Below are positions 37,795 to 51,539 of a DNA stretch of 64,000 nt, piece after piece. A model generated the notes under the pieces. That model did not search any database and had not been told where the DNA came from. It worked only from the letters and a program-made list of their open reading frames with translations. Every line of letters starts with the position of its first letter. Positions within the stretch are counted from its first letter, which is position 1. The position numbers were made by a program, and so were the translations under genes. Source of the DNA: Carcharhinus longimanus (lineage: Eukaryota); NCBI GenBank assembly GCA_030264375.1, contig JASCQW010000160.1:33301051-33365050 (forward strand), given 5' to 3'.

Positions 37795-39870
37795 CTACAG
37801 CATTTACAAAGATGGGAAGGGTGGGAAGGAAAAGAAAAAGAACAAATCATTCATTAAGAATATCAAACTCATAGCATCACATCAGTTTTATTCTCAGCTG
37901 AGTTGATATTCTACTGCTATTTTAATAAGAACCTCAACCTGCTTGAATGGCTGACAGATTAAATTTTGCAGAAATGCTTTCTCTTACATGTTACTAATAC
38001 CGTACATTACAACTTCTACCCAAGGATACACTCTACTCTGCCGGCGAACCTGATTACTTCACAATCTAAGTGATATTGTATGGAGTTCAGGTGCTGATCT
38101 GATCAGTCTCTCAAGTTTTGCCATCCATAAACTTGAACTCATCCATAATCTGTCTCCATCACCCCAGTGTTCGCTGACCAACATTGGCACCCGATTAAGT
38201 AATGCCTCAATTGTAAAGTCCTCTTATCTGTTTGCGAATTCTCCCTTGGCCATGCTACTAGCTCTGTACTCTCCTCCAGTCCTACAACCCTTTTGAGACA
38301 TCTGCCCTCCTCCAAATCTGGGGGGAATTTTCCTGTCCCACCTGCCACAGGAATCGTAGTGGACAGAGGTAGGACAATGCAAAGATCTGTTGATCTCAGG
38401 TGGGATTTTCCGGTTTCGGGGCAAGCACGGCCAGAAAATGCCACTCTGGTCTCTTCACCACATCTAATTTTAATCCCTCCACCACTGACCACCCTGCCTT
38501 AACTGTCTAGACCCTAAAGAAGGGAATTCTCTCCTTAAACCTCTTCTCATCACTCTTTCCCTTTAAGACACTCCTAAAAAACCTACCTCTTTGACCAAGC
38601 TTTTGCCATTTGCCCTAACACCTGTGGTTCAAAGTCAAATCTTGGAACATTTTACACATTACACATGCTATATAAATGCAAGGTGCTGTTGTTGAGGTTC
38701 AACTGTTCCACAGCGGCGACCTGTGCAGGCTGGTCTTCCTCACCTCATGGACCTTTGCTCAGAAGCAGCACGTCAGTTTGCAGGGTTGAATGTATTTATA
38801 AAGCAAGTATGGAGATTTTAAAAGGATTTCTTTTTCATGTCAGAATGATTTTGAAAAGATACAACAGTAAATAACTAGCTACAAAGCCCTCATTCAATAA
38901 ATGGAGGGACTTTATAAGCACGGTGCTTCAACCTGAGGTGAAGAATTTGAATCTTATTGCTTTCCAATTTTTCCTGCCCTATATTGAAGGCAATAACTCA
39001 AACTGAAAAACTTATCTATAGGTCCTTGTATATTGAACAACTGTGCACAAGTGGCCATTCCTTGTGTATGTTAGCCTAGTGAAAAATCCCAGGCTATTCA
39101 ACCATCAGTGCATTGCAGCTGGGTTGAATGCAGTCCTCAGGTGACATTCACGCAAACACTTCCAGCGAGGGTTGCTGAAGAGTAATCAACAGCGGGGACA
39201 TTGCTTAGAGGGACTATCAGATGGAGGTTACAAGGCAATTACAAATGAGTAAGGCTGTTCAGCCCATTTTGCTTCATCCAAACAGAAAAACCCCATGTTT
39301 GCCCAACTGGGGCATTCAATAGTTTCTTGAGTTTCTGCCTCAGTTACTCCACTTGTACATCAGCTTCTAGTGTTTATCAGTTTGTTGTGTCAAGATGCAC
39401 TTCATGATAGTTTGAACTTCTAGAACCCGTCCCATTCTCTAAATCTAACATCATTTTCCAGAAACATTTTTCCATCTGTCTGCCCCTTGCCTATACCCCT
39501 GTAGGATTACCTCAGTTTACTCCTTCCAAAGATTAAAAAATTCAAATATCTCCAAATCTTTTCTCATACCTCTGACACTAGGGCTCAGCCTCGTAGCTCT
39601 CCTCTGAACTGCCTCCAATGTTGAATTCTTCTTTTGTGATTGCTTGACAAAAAACTGGACACAGAACTCATGGTGCAGTCTGATTCACGCACAACACAGT
39701 TTGAGTAAGACCTCCTGAGACGTGTAACTACTGATTCAGTTAAATATTTCAGCATTTTATTTGCTTTGCTGATTGATGGTCTGTAACAGTTGGACATGTT
39801 GAGGGGCCAATCGACTCAGTCCTTAATAGGATAACTTAAAAACTATTTCAAACAAAATTCATGGTGTATG

Positions 39871-40545
39871 TGTGACAATACAGTGCTTTTAAGAGATGTA
39901 TATGGATTATGTTTCTGTTGTTACTGCAGCAGCATAATTGGTCCTAGTTGCTAGCATGTTTGTTTTAATTTGAGTTAATGTTGTTCTGCTATTTTAGTGT
40001 CTTCCCCTGGGTTTGCAGTGTAGGGTTTGATTAGATTGATTGACAAGTCATGTGACTGAGTGGAGCCAAGCTTATGCAGAAAAATCAAGTCAGTTGCTGC
40101 TTGGAAGCTGTGGAAAGAAGTCTCTCTTTGAGGTCTGGAGACTGGGAACTGCCAGAGATTATGTTTATTTCTCTGAAGTTCTGCTGCTTGACAATATTCT
40201 CTGGAAATTTCTGTCCGGGAATCAGAAGGCAGGTGTCTTTCTGTATCTATCCAGAGGGATTAACAGGCTGGAAACGTAGCAGCCACATGAGTATATCTGT
40301 TTTATGCTGATTCTGAAGAGGAATTTATGTCAATGAAGTTACTGCTTAAATTGGAACTGTCGTGATGATAGATGTTAAGAATTATACTTTGCCATGTTTA
40401 AGTATTTTAATTGGTAGAAGTTATTCTCATTTTTTTTGTTATATTCTAACTGCGCTCTTAAATAAAGTTTAATGTTTTAATGAAAGCTTCCTAGTGGGTC
40501 AATCGAATTATGGAGTGAAATACCTTTTGCTTACCATATGGCCAA
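39871..40545 (+). mobile_element. Solo LTR-like element, copy 2 (3' truncated)
   Basis: Starts tgtgacaatacagtgcttttaagagat; shares the cttaaataaa...ctagtgg...ggagtgaaa block. Confidence 0.6.
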
Positions 40546-40675
40546 TAAATACCATTTACCAAAGGGATCTTCATCTGACACATCTAGCCTGTCCATGGCT
40601 TCCAGCTCATTGATATTAGTCATTACTTTTTTAACTTGTACTTAGGGATAGCAGGCTATTCATGTACTTGTAAGA

Positions 40676-40968
40676 ACGGTGGCACAGTGGTTAGCACTGG
40701 TGCTTCACAGCACCAGGGACCTGGGTTCGATTCCCGGCTTGGGTCACAGTTTGTATGGAGTCTGCACATTCTCCCCATGTCTGCGTGGGTTTCCTCCAGG
40801 TGCTCAGGTTTCCTTCCACAGTCCGAAAGACATGTTGGTGAGATGCATTGGCCATGCTAAATTCTCCTTCAGTGTGCCTGAACTGGAGTGTGGCGACTAG
40901 CGGATTTTCACAATACCCTCACTGCAGTGTTAATGTAAGCCTACTCGTGACAAATAAATAAACTTTAA
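40676..40968 (+). mobile_element. HE1/V-SINE-like, tail type B
   Basis: Near full-length copy. Confidence 0.87.
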
Positions 40969-43025
40969 AGAAGCAATCATTCAAGATTAACAGTCTCCTG
41001 CTCACCACCTATTTCATGTCTTTTGCATCTTTTCAGACTATCTTATTTTTAAAGCTAAAATAATTTCTTATTGCTTTTTAATACATTTGCAACTATGATC
41101 TTACTTTAGGTTCCTGCTATAAAAATAAATTCTACAAGTTCCTTTTTCATCCCAATAACCCATTCATCTTTCTCTCTGCAGTTTATTTTTACATACATTT
41201 TTGGGATATCGGCATGCTAGCAAGCCCAGAAAAGTGGCAATAGCCGTTCTTCCTCTATATTTTATGGTTAATTAATTTGGTAATCCATTTGGGGCCATGC
41301 TCATCTTGTCGAACCTGCTTGTCCAGACAGACTGGGGCTAGTACCTAAAAGCTTCCTTATTTAAAACACACACATTTCCAAAGTTATCTACTGAGTGATC
41401 AGGGAAGCAGAATTCCTGTCTTCAAGAAATCAGTATTCCCTAATGTCAGAGTGAAAGGAAAACTAGTGATGGAGCTTTGGATGGAGAGGGGTTAATCAAT
41501 TTAAAGTTTTTTAATGCTCCTATAACTCATCTCTTTCATGGGACCCTTTGTGTTGTATAACCCTGCCCTTTTATCTCTTGACAATCTATTCTAAATCTAG
41601 CCTGGAATCTACTGGCAACTGTTAAGATTTCAAAATTAAATTTATTCTGATAGCTTTGAGTCAGACAATCCCAACAAATATGAGCTTAAAGATCAACGCA
41701 GCCAACCAGAATACAAACTGGGCTGGTTTTACTCAGGAGGCCCTCCAATAAGCACCTAAATGGATCATCACCACGTTATGCATCTGGAAAGATGATGTCA
41801 GGATATACACAGGAACTGGTAATTTATTCATAAAAACAAAATCCACAGATAGGTAACACTGTCCACACAATGATTTGTACCAGTTCAAAGTGCGGACCCA
41901 AAGCATCCTTACACAGTACTGCAGAGTTCAGCAATGCCATAAAAGTAGGCACTGATTCATGCAACTGAATTTGTTCAACCACTTTTGTTGTTATTGTGAC
42001 TCTTATATTTAGCATTTAAGTAACATGTAGTTAAAGGTCATGCCCTTCCAGTGAAGTTTTCCTCCCATGCAGAACCACATCTTTGTGGAATTACTCTATG
42101 GTCCGTTAAGCCAAGAGTTTGAAGGTCTTATACAAAGCTTCAAAAAATTCACTCAGTATTGATTTCATCTTTCTTTCTGCGGAATATGACATATTTCAGC
42201 TTGATGCAAACCCAAAAACACAACAAAATAACTTTGTGAAAAGATGGAACTTCAGAGAGAATGGCAACGCAGGCTGAAAATTCAGAGAGGATCGGGAAAC
42301 ATGATTCTCTCCAGAGAGGTTGCATTCTGAGGTTTCCCTTGCCCCCCATTGATGAAGCAGCACACTTCATGTCCACAAAGGATGAGAACCTCATTTAAAT
42401 GTATTTTAATATATTTACAGGTAAGCCTGCCATATATTACCCCCAGCTGTATTTTCAAATCTCGCTGATGTGACACTCCCGGGGGAAGAGGGCCCTGGCC
42501 AGACAATGCCTTGGCAACACCCCCTGGCACAGGTTGGCATTGTGCCAATCTATTCCAGGGTGGGCCCTTGGGGGAGAAGAGAGGGAGAAGACAATGCCAG
42601 CGATGACTGTTAGGGGGTGGGAAGAGAGGAGAAAGTGAGAAGGTGATGCTGGTGGTGAATGCAGGAAGTGGGGGTGGGGAGGCGATGGTAGCCTCTGAGA
42701 CCTCCCTGGTGGGGTGGGGTTAATCCTTTATCTGGTCAGGATGCTCCTTTAAAAATGGCAGCCCAATCTCAATGCAGCCAGGCTTTGCAGGCGTGGTTCG
42801 GCTCCAAGCCTCAAAATGGTGTTTTGTTCTGACAAAGTGCCATAAGATCTAGAGAGCAAACCTGCCTGTTTCTCTGGAGAGAAACACATCAGTTTTCAGT
42901 CAGACCCTGACACTTTGCCATTTTTTTGTTAAGATTCCATCCCATGTAATGGGGGCAAATTTGTTTCCTATTCCTCTGGCAGCCACTGTAACTTATACCC
43001 TGTGTAGAAATTACTTTTCTCTTAC

Positions 43026-43109
43026 CGGTAGACACCAACTGCTTCCTTTGAAGTCTTTTTCAAGTGCCTGAATCGCATTGCCATTGGGAGGTCCATGCTG
43101 GTTGCCCGT
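43026..43109 (-). CDS. KMT2A: KMT2A exon (SET-N)
   Basis: cttgtag|A CGG acceptor, TAC CG|gtaag donor; 84 nt; RATSMDLPMAMRFRHLKKTSKEAVGVY. Confidence 0.96.
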
Positions 43110-43853
43110 CTACAAGTTCAAAGAGAATAAGAAGTTATTGCAATGCTAACAGTTCACCGTGAGACTTCATAGGATATTTATATTACACATAGCAGAAATG
43201 CTTTCACACATTATTAGTAGGACAAGTGATGTGGCACGGCACATTATTATGCAAATGAGCACATATCCATGTTGCATAATAGCTACCCCAGTATCAGCAT
43301 GTTGAATGCAAGATCTCCAAGGCAGTGCCAATGAGTAAATGGAGGCTGCATCAAAACCCTGCCACAATAAATCATTTCTTTAGTTATTGGTCAAGTCCAA
43401 CTACGAGGCTTAAATTGCGTTTCCATGGATTCTTAACAAATAATCTAATTTCTTCTGTCTTTAAAAAACCAGGGGAAGGTTTAACACTTAAAATATTAAT
43501 GTTTCTCTTTTTAGGAGCTGATACACTGGCATTTTATTTTGTAATGAACACATGAATAGAAAGCCATTCAGCCCCTAAAGCCTGTCCTGCCATTCAATTT
43601 GACGCAGCAGGGCTGTACTTCAACTCATTTAACTATATTAGCTTGCATTCTCTTTATCCTTGCCATTCAAAGCTGATTAATTATGCGACTGCTTAAAAAT
43701 GTACAAACCTTTGGGTAAAGCGCTACAGGTTTTTGATTGACACGATTCTATGTTTTTACATATTCACAGATTTTGCTTCACATTAACTTATAACATCTAA
43801 TATACAACACACACTGCATGTATATTTATGACTATCCAACTCCTGGAGCCCAC

Positions 43854-43961
43854 CGTGCTGATTTAAGCTGCACCTCCTCTTCCTCCTCATCGTTGGGGCA
43901 ATAGTCTGGTGGCTGCCGATGTTTTGAAGCCAAAAAATTGAACATGTCGAACGCTGACTTC
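43854..43961 (-). CDS. KMT2A: KMT2A exon (WIN-to-SET linker)
   Basis: cacgcag|G AAG acceptor, GCA CG|gtggg donor; 108 nt; KSAFDMFNFLASKHRQPPDYCPNDEEEEEVQLKSA. Confidence 0.95.
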
Positions 43962-44129
43962 CTGCGTGAATAAGAATAAAGCAATAAAACATGGATCCTT
44001 TTTGAAGCATTATCACCTTGAGGTGCTATGTAAATGCACATCCTTCTTTCTGTGTACACAGAAAGAATGCAAGCTAAGAATCACACTGATATTTCTTTCC
44101 TATTTTCTTTATCCTTGGTAGTGTCCTAG

Positions 44130-44727
44130 ACCTTGAACCTTGCATTAACAACCTGTCCTGATTCCCCCATGCCAATTCTATAGTTAAGAAAGCACACCAA
44201 CGGCTGTACTTTCTCAGAAGACTAAGGAAATTTGGCATATCCGCTACATCTCTCAGCAGCATTTACTAATGCACCATAGAAAGCATTCTTTCTGGTTGTA
44301 TCACAGCTTAGTATGGCTCTTGCTCTGCCCAAGACCACAAGGAACTACAGAAGGTTGTGAACATAACCCAATCCATCACGCAAACTAGCCCCCCATCCAC
44401 TGATTCTGTCTACACTTCCCGCTGCCTCGGCAAAGCAGCCAGCACAATTAAGGATCCCGAACATACTCTATTCAATCTTCTTCTGTCGGGTAGAAGACAC
44501 TGAAGTATGAGGTCATGTACCAACCAACTCAAGAAGGGCTTCTTCCCTTCTGCCATCAGGCTTTTGAACAGACCTACCTTGCATTAAGTTGATCTTTCTC
44601 TACTGTAACTGTAACACTATATTCTGCACCCTTTCCTTTCTTGTGAACGGTATGCTTTGTACAGCATGTGAGAAACAATACTTTTCACTGTATACCAACA
44701 CATGACAATAATAAATCAAATCAAATC
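44130..44727 (+). mobile_element. Rex1/Babar-like LINE 3' fragment
   Basis: Translates VKKAHQRLYFLRRLRKFG...TIESILSGCIT, typical of the Rex1 RT C-terminus; aataataaatcaaatcaaatc tail. Confidence 0.82.
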
Positions 44728-45129
44728 CTCACTGTTAAAATCAACATTTAAATGCTGTCCCCAACTCTCTATTGAGCTCAAAATTTCAGTTCACCTCACC
44801 TTCCCCATGGTCTCTTCCTCTAGTACACAAACGCAGAATTGACATCACCTAATCACCCCTCTCGAAGTACTTTATCTTCTTTATTTTCTTTGTGGTATCC
44901 CTACACTATAGGTTCAGCCTGTCATCTATGGCTTTTGCATTATGAGAAAAAAAATCTGCATCAAGACTTTCTGGTTGTTGTCTATATGCAAGTAAATCAT
45001 GTTTGCTCTCTCGCTTTGATGAGACAGAAAAATCTAACATTCAGCATGTTACAGGGAAAATGGTAAGTTTTTTTTGTGTATTCACTCATGGGACATGGGT
45101 GTCATTGGCTGTCCAGCATTTATTGTTTT

Positions 45130-45422
45130 TAAAAGTTTATTTATTAGTCACAAGTAGGCTTATGTTAACACTGCAATGACATTATTGTGAAAATCCTCCA
45201 GTAGCCACATTCTGGCACCTGTTCGGGTACACTGAAGGAGAATTTAGCATGGCCAATGCACCTAACCAGCATGTCTTTTGGACTGTGGGAGGAAGCCAGA
45301 GGAAACTCACGCAGACACGGGGAGAACATGCAGGCTCTGCACAGACAGTGATCCAAGCCAGGAATCAAACCTGGGTCCCTGGCGCTGTGAGGCAGCAGTG
45401 CTAACCACTGTGTCACCATGCC
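45130..45422 (-). mobile_element. HE1/V-SINE-like, tail type B, nested in another SINE (~45080-45808)
   Basis: Reverse-complement full copy. Confidence 0.85.
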
Positions 45423-46070
45423 ATTCTTCCTATCCCTAGCTGCCCTCATTCTAGAGCTGTGGCTCTGGAATCACATGTAGGCCAGACCAGGTCAAGATGG
45501 CAAATTTACTTCCCTAAAGGTCATTAGTGAACCAGATTGGCTTTTTAAAATTCATTCATGGGACATGGGCATCTCTGACTGGCCAGCATTTATTACCCTT
45601 CCTAGTTGCCCTTGAGAAGGTGGTGGTAAGCTGCCTTCTTGAATCACTGCAGTCCATGTTCTGTAAGTTGATTCACAATCAGTCGACTCTTAAGTCCAGA
45701 TATTTTTTATTGAATTCAAATTCCACCATTTGCCTTGGAACCCAAGGTATTAGCTGAATTTCTGGATTAATAGTCTAGCGATAATACCACTTGGCCATTG
45801 CTTCCCCTGGAAAGCCAGGACAAACAGGATGGGCCAAATGGTCTCCTTCTGTGATTCAGTTGGGAGGCAGGAGTAAATGAGAGGAACAAAATGTTGAGAA
45901 GGAAACTTCATTTTGAATTCCAAAAATTTCTTCAAATTAAACCATTGTTATTAACATTAGTCACAACTAAATTAATGCCTGATCACTCAACTGCAACGTG
46001 AGGTTACTTTGCTAATTGTTATCAGCTGAGTGCGACAGCTTGAATGTAAGCTTCTACCTTCATATTTTAC

Positions 46071-46245
46071 CTTTGGTGTATTTCGGCCCTTGCTGATCCG
46101 TGTGGGTTGATAGGGAGCTCATCCACTTCCTGATGTTTGTGAAACTTGAAGCTGTAATTTTTGCAACGTTTGGCTCCATAGAGTTGTTCGATTAGGAACA
46201 CCACTGCATCATGAGAAATACCCAGCATTTTCAGTCCATTGATCG
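46071..46245 (-). CDS. KMT2A: KMT2A exon, FYRC end plus WDR5-binding WIN motif (GSARAE at 46082-46099)
   Basis: ttttcag|CG ATC acceptor, CAA AG|gtaaaa donor; 175 nt; INGLKMLGISHDAVVFLIEQLYGAK...PINPHGSARAE. Confidence 0.96.
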
Positions 46246-46429
46246 CTGAAAATACCAAACAAAATTAAAAATAAACACATGCTTATAAGGTGTAGACAAT
46301 ACTAAATACTTGGATAACAAAAGAATCCTTTAAGCCTGACTGACTGTACTATTGTCTATCTTCATTGTACAAATTCTACTGCAAGGACAGAAAACATCAG
46401 TTAGATTATGTATGGACAAACTACATTTG

Positions 46430-47590
46430 TGGTCCCTCAAATTTAGGAGATTAAGGGGTGATCTAATGGAGGCATTTAAAATACTCAAACGATTTAGTAG
46501 GATAGATATTTAATAGGGTACTGCAGCAGTCTGTGCCCAATTGTAGCAAGACCTGGACAATATTCAAGCTTGGGCTGATAAGTAGCTAGTAACATTCACA
46601 AGTATCAGCAATGACCATCTTCAACGAGACAGAATCCAACCATTTCCCCATGACATTCAATAGCAATACAATCCTGAAATCCCACTATGTGCACCCCGAG
46701 ATTACCACTGACCAGAAACTGAGCTGAATCAAACGTACAAATACTGTTGGTACAAAAACAGTTCAGAAGCTGGGAATTCACACCTGACTCCTCAAAGCCT
46801 GTCCACTGTCTACATGTCAGGAATCTGAAAGATTACTTCAGCTTTAACAATACTCAAGAAGCTCAATGCCATCCAGGACAAAGCAGCCCACTTGATCGGA
46901 CCCCACCCACTATTCAATGTCCACTCCTTTCACCACCAAAGCACAGAGGCAATAGTGTGAACCATTTACTCGATGCAGCGCAGTAACATCACCAAGGCTC
47001 TTTCAATAGCATCTTGTAAATTTGCAACCTCTACTGCCTAGAAGGACAATGACAGCAGATACACGGGAACATTAACATGTACAAATTCCTCTTCAAACCA
47101 CACACCATCATGGCTTGGGAATATATCACCATTCCTTCACTGTGCCTGAGTCAAAATTCTGAAACTTACTCCCTGACACCACTGTGGGTGTACCTATATC
47201 AGATGGGACTGCAGTGGATCAAGAAGGCAGTTCACCACTTCCTTTTCAAGGGCAATTAGGGATGGGCAGTAAAAATGCTAGGCCAGCTAAGAAAAAAAAA
47301 TCTCCGGTATGAGAGGGTGCGGAACAAGAGGCCTAGCCATAAAATTAGATTTATGCTATTAAAGGTAATGACATAAAGCATTTCATACAGATAGTGGAAA
47401 TCTGAAATTCCCTCTCCCATAAAGATGTTGAGAAAATTTCAGATCTGAGATTGATGGTATTTTGTTAAACAAGGGTAGAAAGGGATATGGAACCATAGCA
47501 GATAAATGTAGTTAAAATGCAGATCAGCCATAATTTAACTGATTGGTGGACAGGTTCAATAGGCTGAATGGTCTCTTTCCTATTCTTATA
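46430..47590 (+). mobile_element. Nested degenerate CR1-type LINE fragments
   Basis: ggagattaaggggtgatctaat... and gctgaatggtct...ctattct ends enclose a second fragment (caagacctggacaatattcaagcttgggctga...agggcaattagggatgggcagtaaa). Confidence 0.6.
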
Positions 47591-48488
47591 TTTGGGAGAG
47601 CAACCTTGGGCATACACAGCTAGCAGCTGACTCTAAGGAGGTGATTCTCCCAAAAAAGTTTGAAGTGCTGAATTTGTGGGAAAAATTATGTAAATCACAC
47701 TTGTTTTCTCAGTGGGAATTCACACTCAAATCTCCAACACTTCGTGCAGTGTAAAGTTCACGATTGGGAGTNNNNNNNNNNNNNNGAAGAGGTAGGGCCT
47801 ATTCGTGCCTGAGGCTGACAATTCCGTATCTATAGTCCTCCAATTGCTGGCCAGCTCAGGACTCCTGCAGTGTTGCCCCTCCAGCTCTTCCCACAGCTGA
47901 TCATGGCTCCCACAAGCATTCCCGGGTCAGCCCCAAGCCCTCTCCCCTCTTGCCCAGAGCGCCCCGATCTCTAGCCAACCCACCACCCCAAGGGAGGCAG
48001 ATCACAGCTGATCTGCACGGGATGGGAGAATCGCCCCCGAAGTGTGGTTTTGTATTCACGGCTGAACAACAATGAGTGGACAATTCCTGCTGAAGGACAA
48101 TGAAGTCAAAATGTGAATGAGAGAAAGCAACTGAAACTTAAACAGGGAACACCAAATATATATTTTGTGTATCATGTGAAAATGTTACAATTTCAAATAA
48201 AGTACAAAGAAGGGATTGTTAAGCTTTAGGAACAAACATTTACAAATACAGGTACACATTTATAGCACAGTACGTATTTAAATCCAAATTCTCACCTATT
48301 TTGCTAGTTTAATTTCTCCCAAACCATGCATGGTTTCCAGTGAAGGGATTGGAACCCTGACTCCTGGGGCTTGAATTGCTAGTTTAGATTTTCTTACTCT
48401 TTGAGATTTGCCATTTCCATGTGTAAAACCTTTGTTTCCCTACAGCCAACCAGTAGGTGAAATTCCCTTCATAGTAAACAACACTTAC

Positions 48489-48563
48489 CAGAAAATGATA
48501 TGTGTTTCAGGCGAGCGTTAGACCGAGCTTCCTGTACTTTATCAGTCAGCACCTTCCATCCTT
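48489..48563 (-). CDS. KMT2A: KMT2A exon, FYRC domain
   Basis: ttgttatag|AA GGA TGG acceptor, TCT G|gtaagt donor; 75 nt; GWKVLTDKVQEARSNARLKHISFS. Confidence 0.95.
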
Positions 48564-49075
48564 CTATAACAAGAAGTTTACAGCAATAACAATATACTTA
48601 CGTGGAAAAATTCACAGTTCTCACAGTCTAGACAGTTGTGTGCTTCTATTCTAACTCTACACATCCCAAAGCCACCCAAACACCATTAACTCCTAAGGTT
48701 TGGGATTATATTTCAAACATGCCCCCATTTTAGAAGACACCATCACATTGAAACTGAAAAAAAGGATTTGGACACCTCTTGTACTTTTCACAACCCCAGG
48801 ACATATCAAAGTGCTTTAGAAATAATAGATAAAAGCAAATTACTACAGATACTGGAATCTGAAACCAAAAGAGGCCTCAACACGCCGGCAAAGCGCAGCT
48901 GCACTTGTTTAAAGAGTACCCCAATCAAAACAAACAATGATCCCCCCCCTCAACTGGAGCCAGAATGCACCCAGCATCTCGAACACAGAATCCTCATTCC
49001 ACCCAGACAGCACCCACACACATGACACTGCAGTCTCGTTCCACACAAATGCACAAGTCAGTAAACCATCCCTAC

Positions 49076-49243
49076 CTTCAATATTATCACACTGGATCTG
49101 AAACCCATCATCACTCGTGATCTGGAACAGCAGGCCTTTCTTTGATTTCTTCTCACTCCTGATTTCCTTCCTCTTTTCCTCTTGCTCAAGCAGAGCGAGA
49201 AGCGGAGAACTGAAGGAGTCATCATCATCTGAGCTTTTAGATT
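49076..49243 (-). CDS. KMT2A: KMT2A exon, start of FYRC domain
   Basis: cctgttag|AA TCT acceptor, GAA G|gtagg donor; ...FSSPLLALLEQEEKRKE...KKGLLFQITSDDGFQIQCDNIE. Confidence 0.93.
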
Positions 49244-49585
49244 CTAACAGGAAAGTAGAACATACATGATCAATAACCCTTTACGGGCGAGCTTTGTTTG
49301 TACCTTCCAAAATGCACTGTTCTGTGAGCAGGCCCCTATTCAAAGGTTTACTCTCATAATTAGAAAAGTTTGAAGTGCCTATGAAAAATGAGCCAAATAG
49401 AACAGGAAGTTCTCGGGATCAATGCTTATGTTAGCTATCTTGATGAAGTAGCATCTGTGGTCCCATTATCCAAGAGTTTTGGAGGGGATTGTGGTCAAGT
49501 GATTCCCACTAGCAAGTGTCCTACATAGGATGATGTATTTTTTATTGGGCAAAGTTCTGATATTGTGTGAAAATGAGATCAGAAT

Positions 49586-50458
49586 TGTGGCAGTACTGTG
49601 CCTTTTATAACGTATTTTAATCATGTTTCACTGCAGGATTTTCAAACAGGAGCTGGTATTTTATTGTTGCCGAATTGTCTGAAAGTGGTGTCCTTTAAAT
49701 GTTGCTGATGCGATATAATGGACGTGTTTATTTTAATCTGGGCTAACACAATCTCCTAAAGTGTTAATGATCCGTTGGGATTGCTGATTGGGGCTTGATT
49801 TGGGAATGATTGACAGGTTGGGTGATGCATGGGGGACAGTTTATTTCCACAGAAAAGTCCAAGGCTTTAACTTAATTTAGCTCAGAAGCTGTTTGGATTT
49901 GAGACAGAAAGCAGTGTTTCTTGTTTCCCTATCCCTGGAGTTGAAAATTCTGCTGTCTGTGAGTTGCTAGCTAGAAGCTAGTGGAGACAGGCAGGATTTC
50001 TTTCTCTCTCTCTCTCTCTCTCTCTCCAGAAGTGTGCTGCAAGTTCCAGGACTGGAAAGCCTCAGTTTTAATCAAACACCTCAAATGACCAATTCACAGC
50101 AGGTGTTAAAAAGCTGCAAAATTCAGCATCGCATGGGCACAACAGTCTTTCTATGTCAAGTCTAGAAGGTAGTGTATGTTTGTAGGGTGTTGTTTGATTT
50201 GGAACATCATAGTAAACTGGCTGTTAGGGTTTAACGCGCTTGAAACTTGTAATAGGTAGAAGTTATACAAAATCTTTTTATTGTAATTTAACTGTATTCT
50301 TAAATAAACTTTATTTGATAGAAGTTTCTTCATGGATCACTTGAATTATATCTGGAGTGAAACACCTTATGCTCACCCTTGCCAAAATCAAAGTGCAAAA
50401 CTTGTGGTGTAGGCTAACTTCATAAAACACCTTGAATTTTCTGGCCTGGATCATAACA
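49586..50458 (+). mobile_element. Solo LTR-like element, copy 3
   Basis: TGTGG...ATAACA termini with a perfect 4-bp GAAT duplication (49582-49585 and 50459-50462). Confidence 0.78.
50002..50025. repeat. (TC)n microsatellite; others at ~3007-3026 (TC) and ~16018-16048 (CA)
   Basis: Seen directly. Confidence 0.9.
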
Positions 50459-51539
50459 GAATCAACTGTAAAGTCCCCAAAATGGCTGAATCTCTGGCAA
50501 AATTCACTGCTGTTTTATAACAAAAAAAAATTTTCATGGGATGTTGATGTCACTGGTGAGACCGACATTTATTGTCCATCCCTAATGGTCCAAGGAGATT
50601 GTGGTAGGCATTCTATTTCAACTGCTGCAGTTCTTGGGGTAGTCTGCAATTGTTCAGAATACTACCGCTTCACATTTCTGCTGTCAGCATGCGTAATACT
50701 CTTGAGCAAAAATAATTTATTAACTGAAGAAGGCAAACATTTATCCATGAGACAAAGCATCAAAATATTTGCTTACTTTAGTTAATAAATTACAAGGTCA
50801 GCAGAGGTCCTTTTACCTGTATTTAAAAAGACTTCATACCATCCTATGTTTTTGGTGGTTGGGCTGAGCATGTTTATGCTCCTATTCCCTAGTGCCCCAA
50901 ACAATGATACTGTAAATCTAAGTTTTCTTTCTTTCATTTTCAGTCCTCTCTCCTGAAAGTGTCAATTTATTTCTAAGGTAGTTTCAGAGATGTCAGCTTC
51001 CCTATAATCCTTCACATGAGTAAGAGAGTGGCCCTGTCCTCGCATGATGCCTACACAAATCTCACAGTGGTAGGGAGCAACATTGGATGAAGCATTCATA
51101 TTGCTCCTTGGTTTAGATCAGGGACTGAACCTTACATAGAATTACACCGAGCCTACAGCACAGAAACAGGTCATTGGCCGAAAGGGTCTAAGAGGTTGAT
51201 TATGTTCAAAGCCTCACAGTATTTCCTTTCACCCTCATGTACTCAGTTTCTCCATAAATATAATCATAGGAAACACTTTCTTTCTTCCTGAACTGTCAAT
51301 CTGATCTTATTCAGCTGGGTTATTCAGAGATGCTAATGAGTAATTTTGAATGAGTGTGAGATACTGATGTCACTACTATAGTAGCAATTTCAGTAAATGA
51401 TTTAAGAGCATTTACAAGACTAATGCTCTGACAATTTCCCTGACATCAGAAATATTATTAATATGCCTTTCTAGTTTACAGTACAACTGTGTCTGAATAG
51501 TTTCACAATCAGTTTAATTTATTTTGAACGAGGCTTTAT

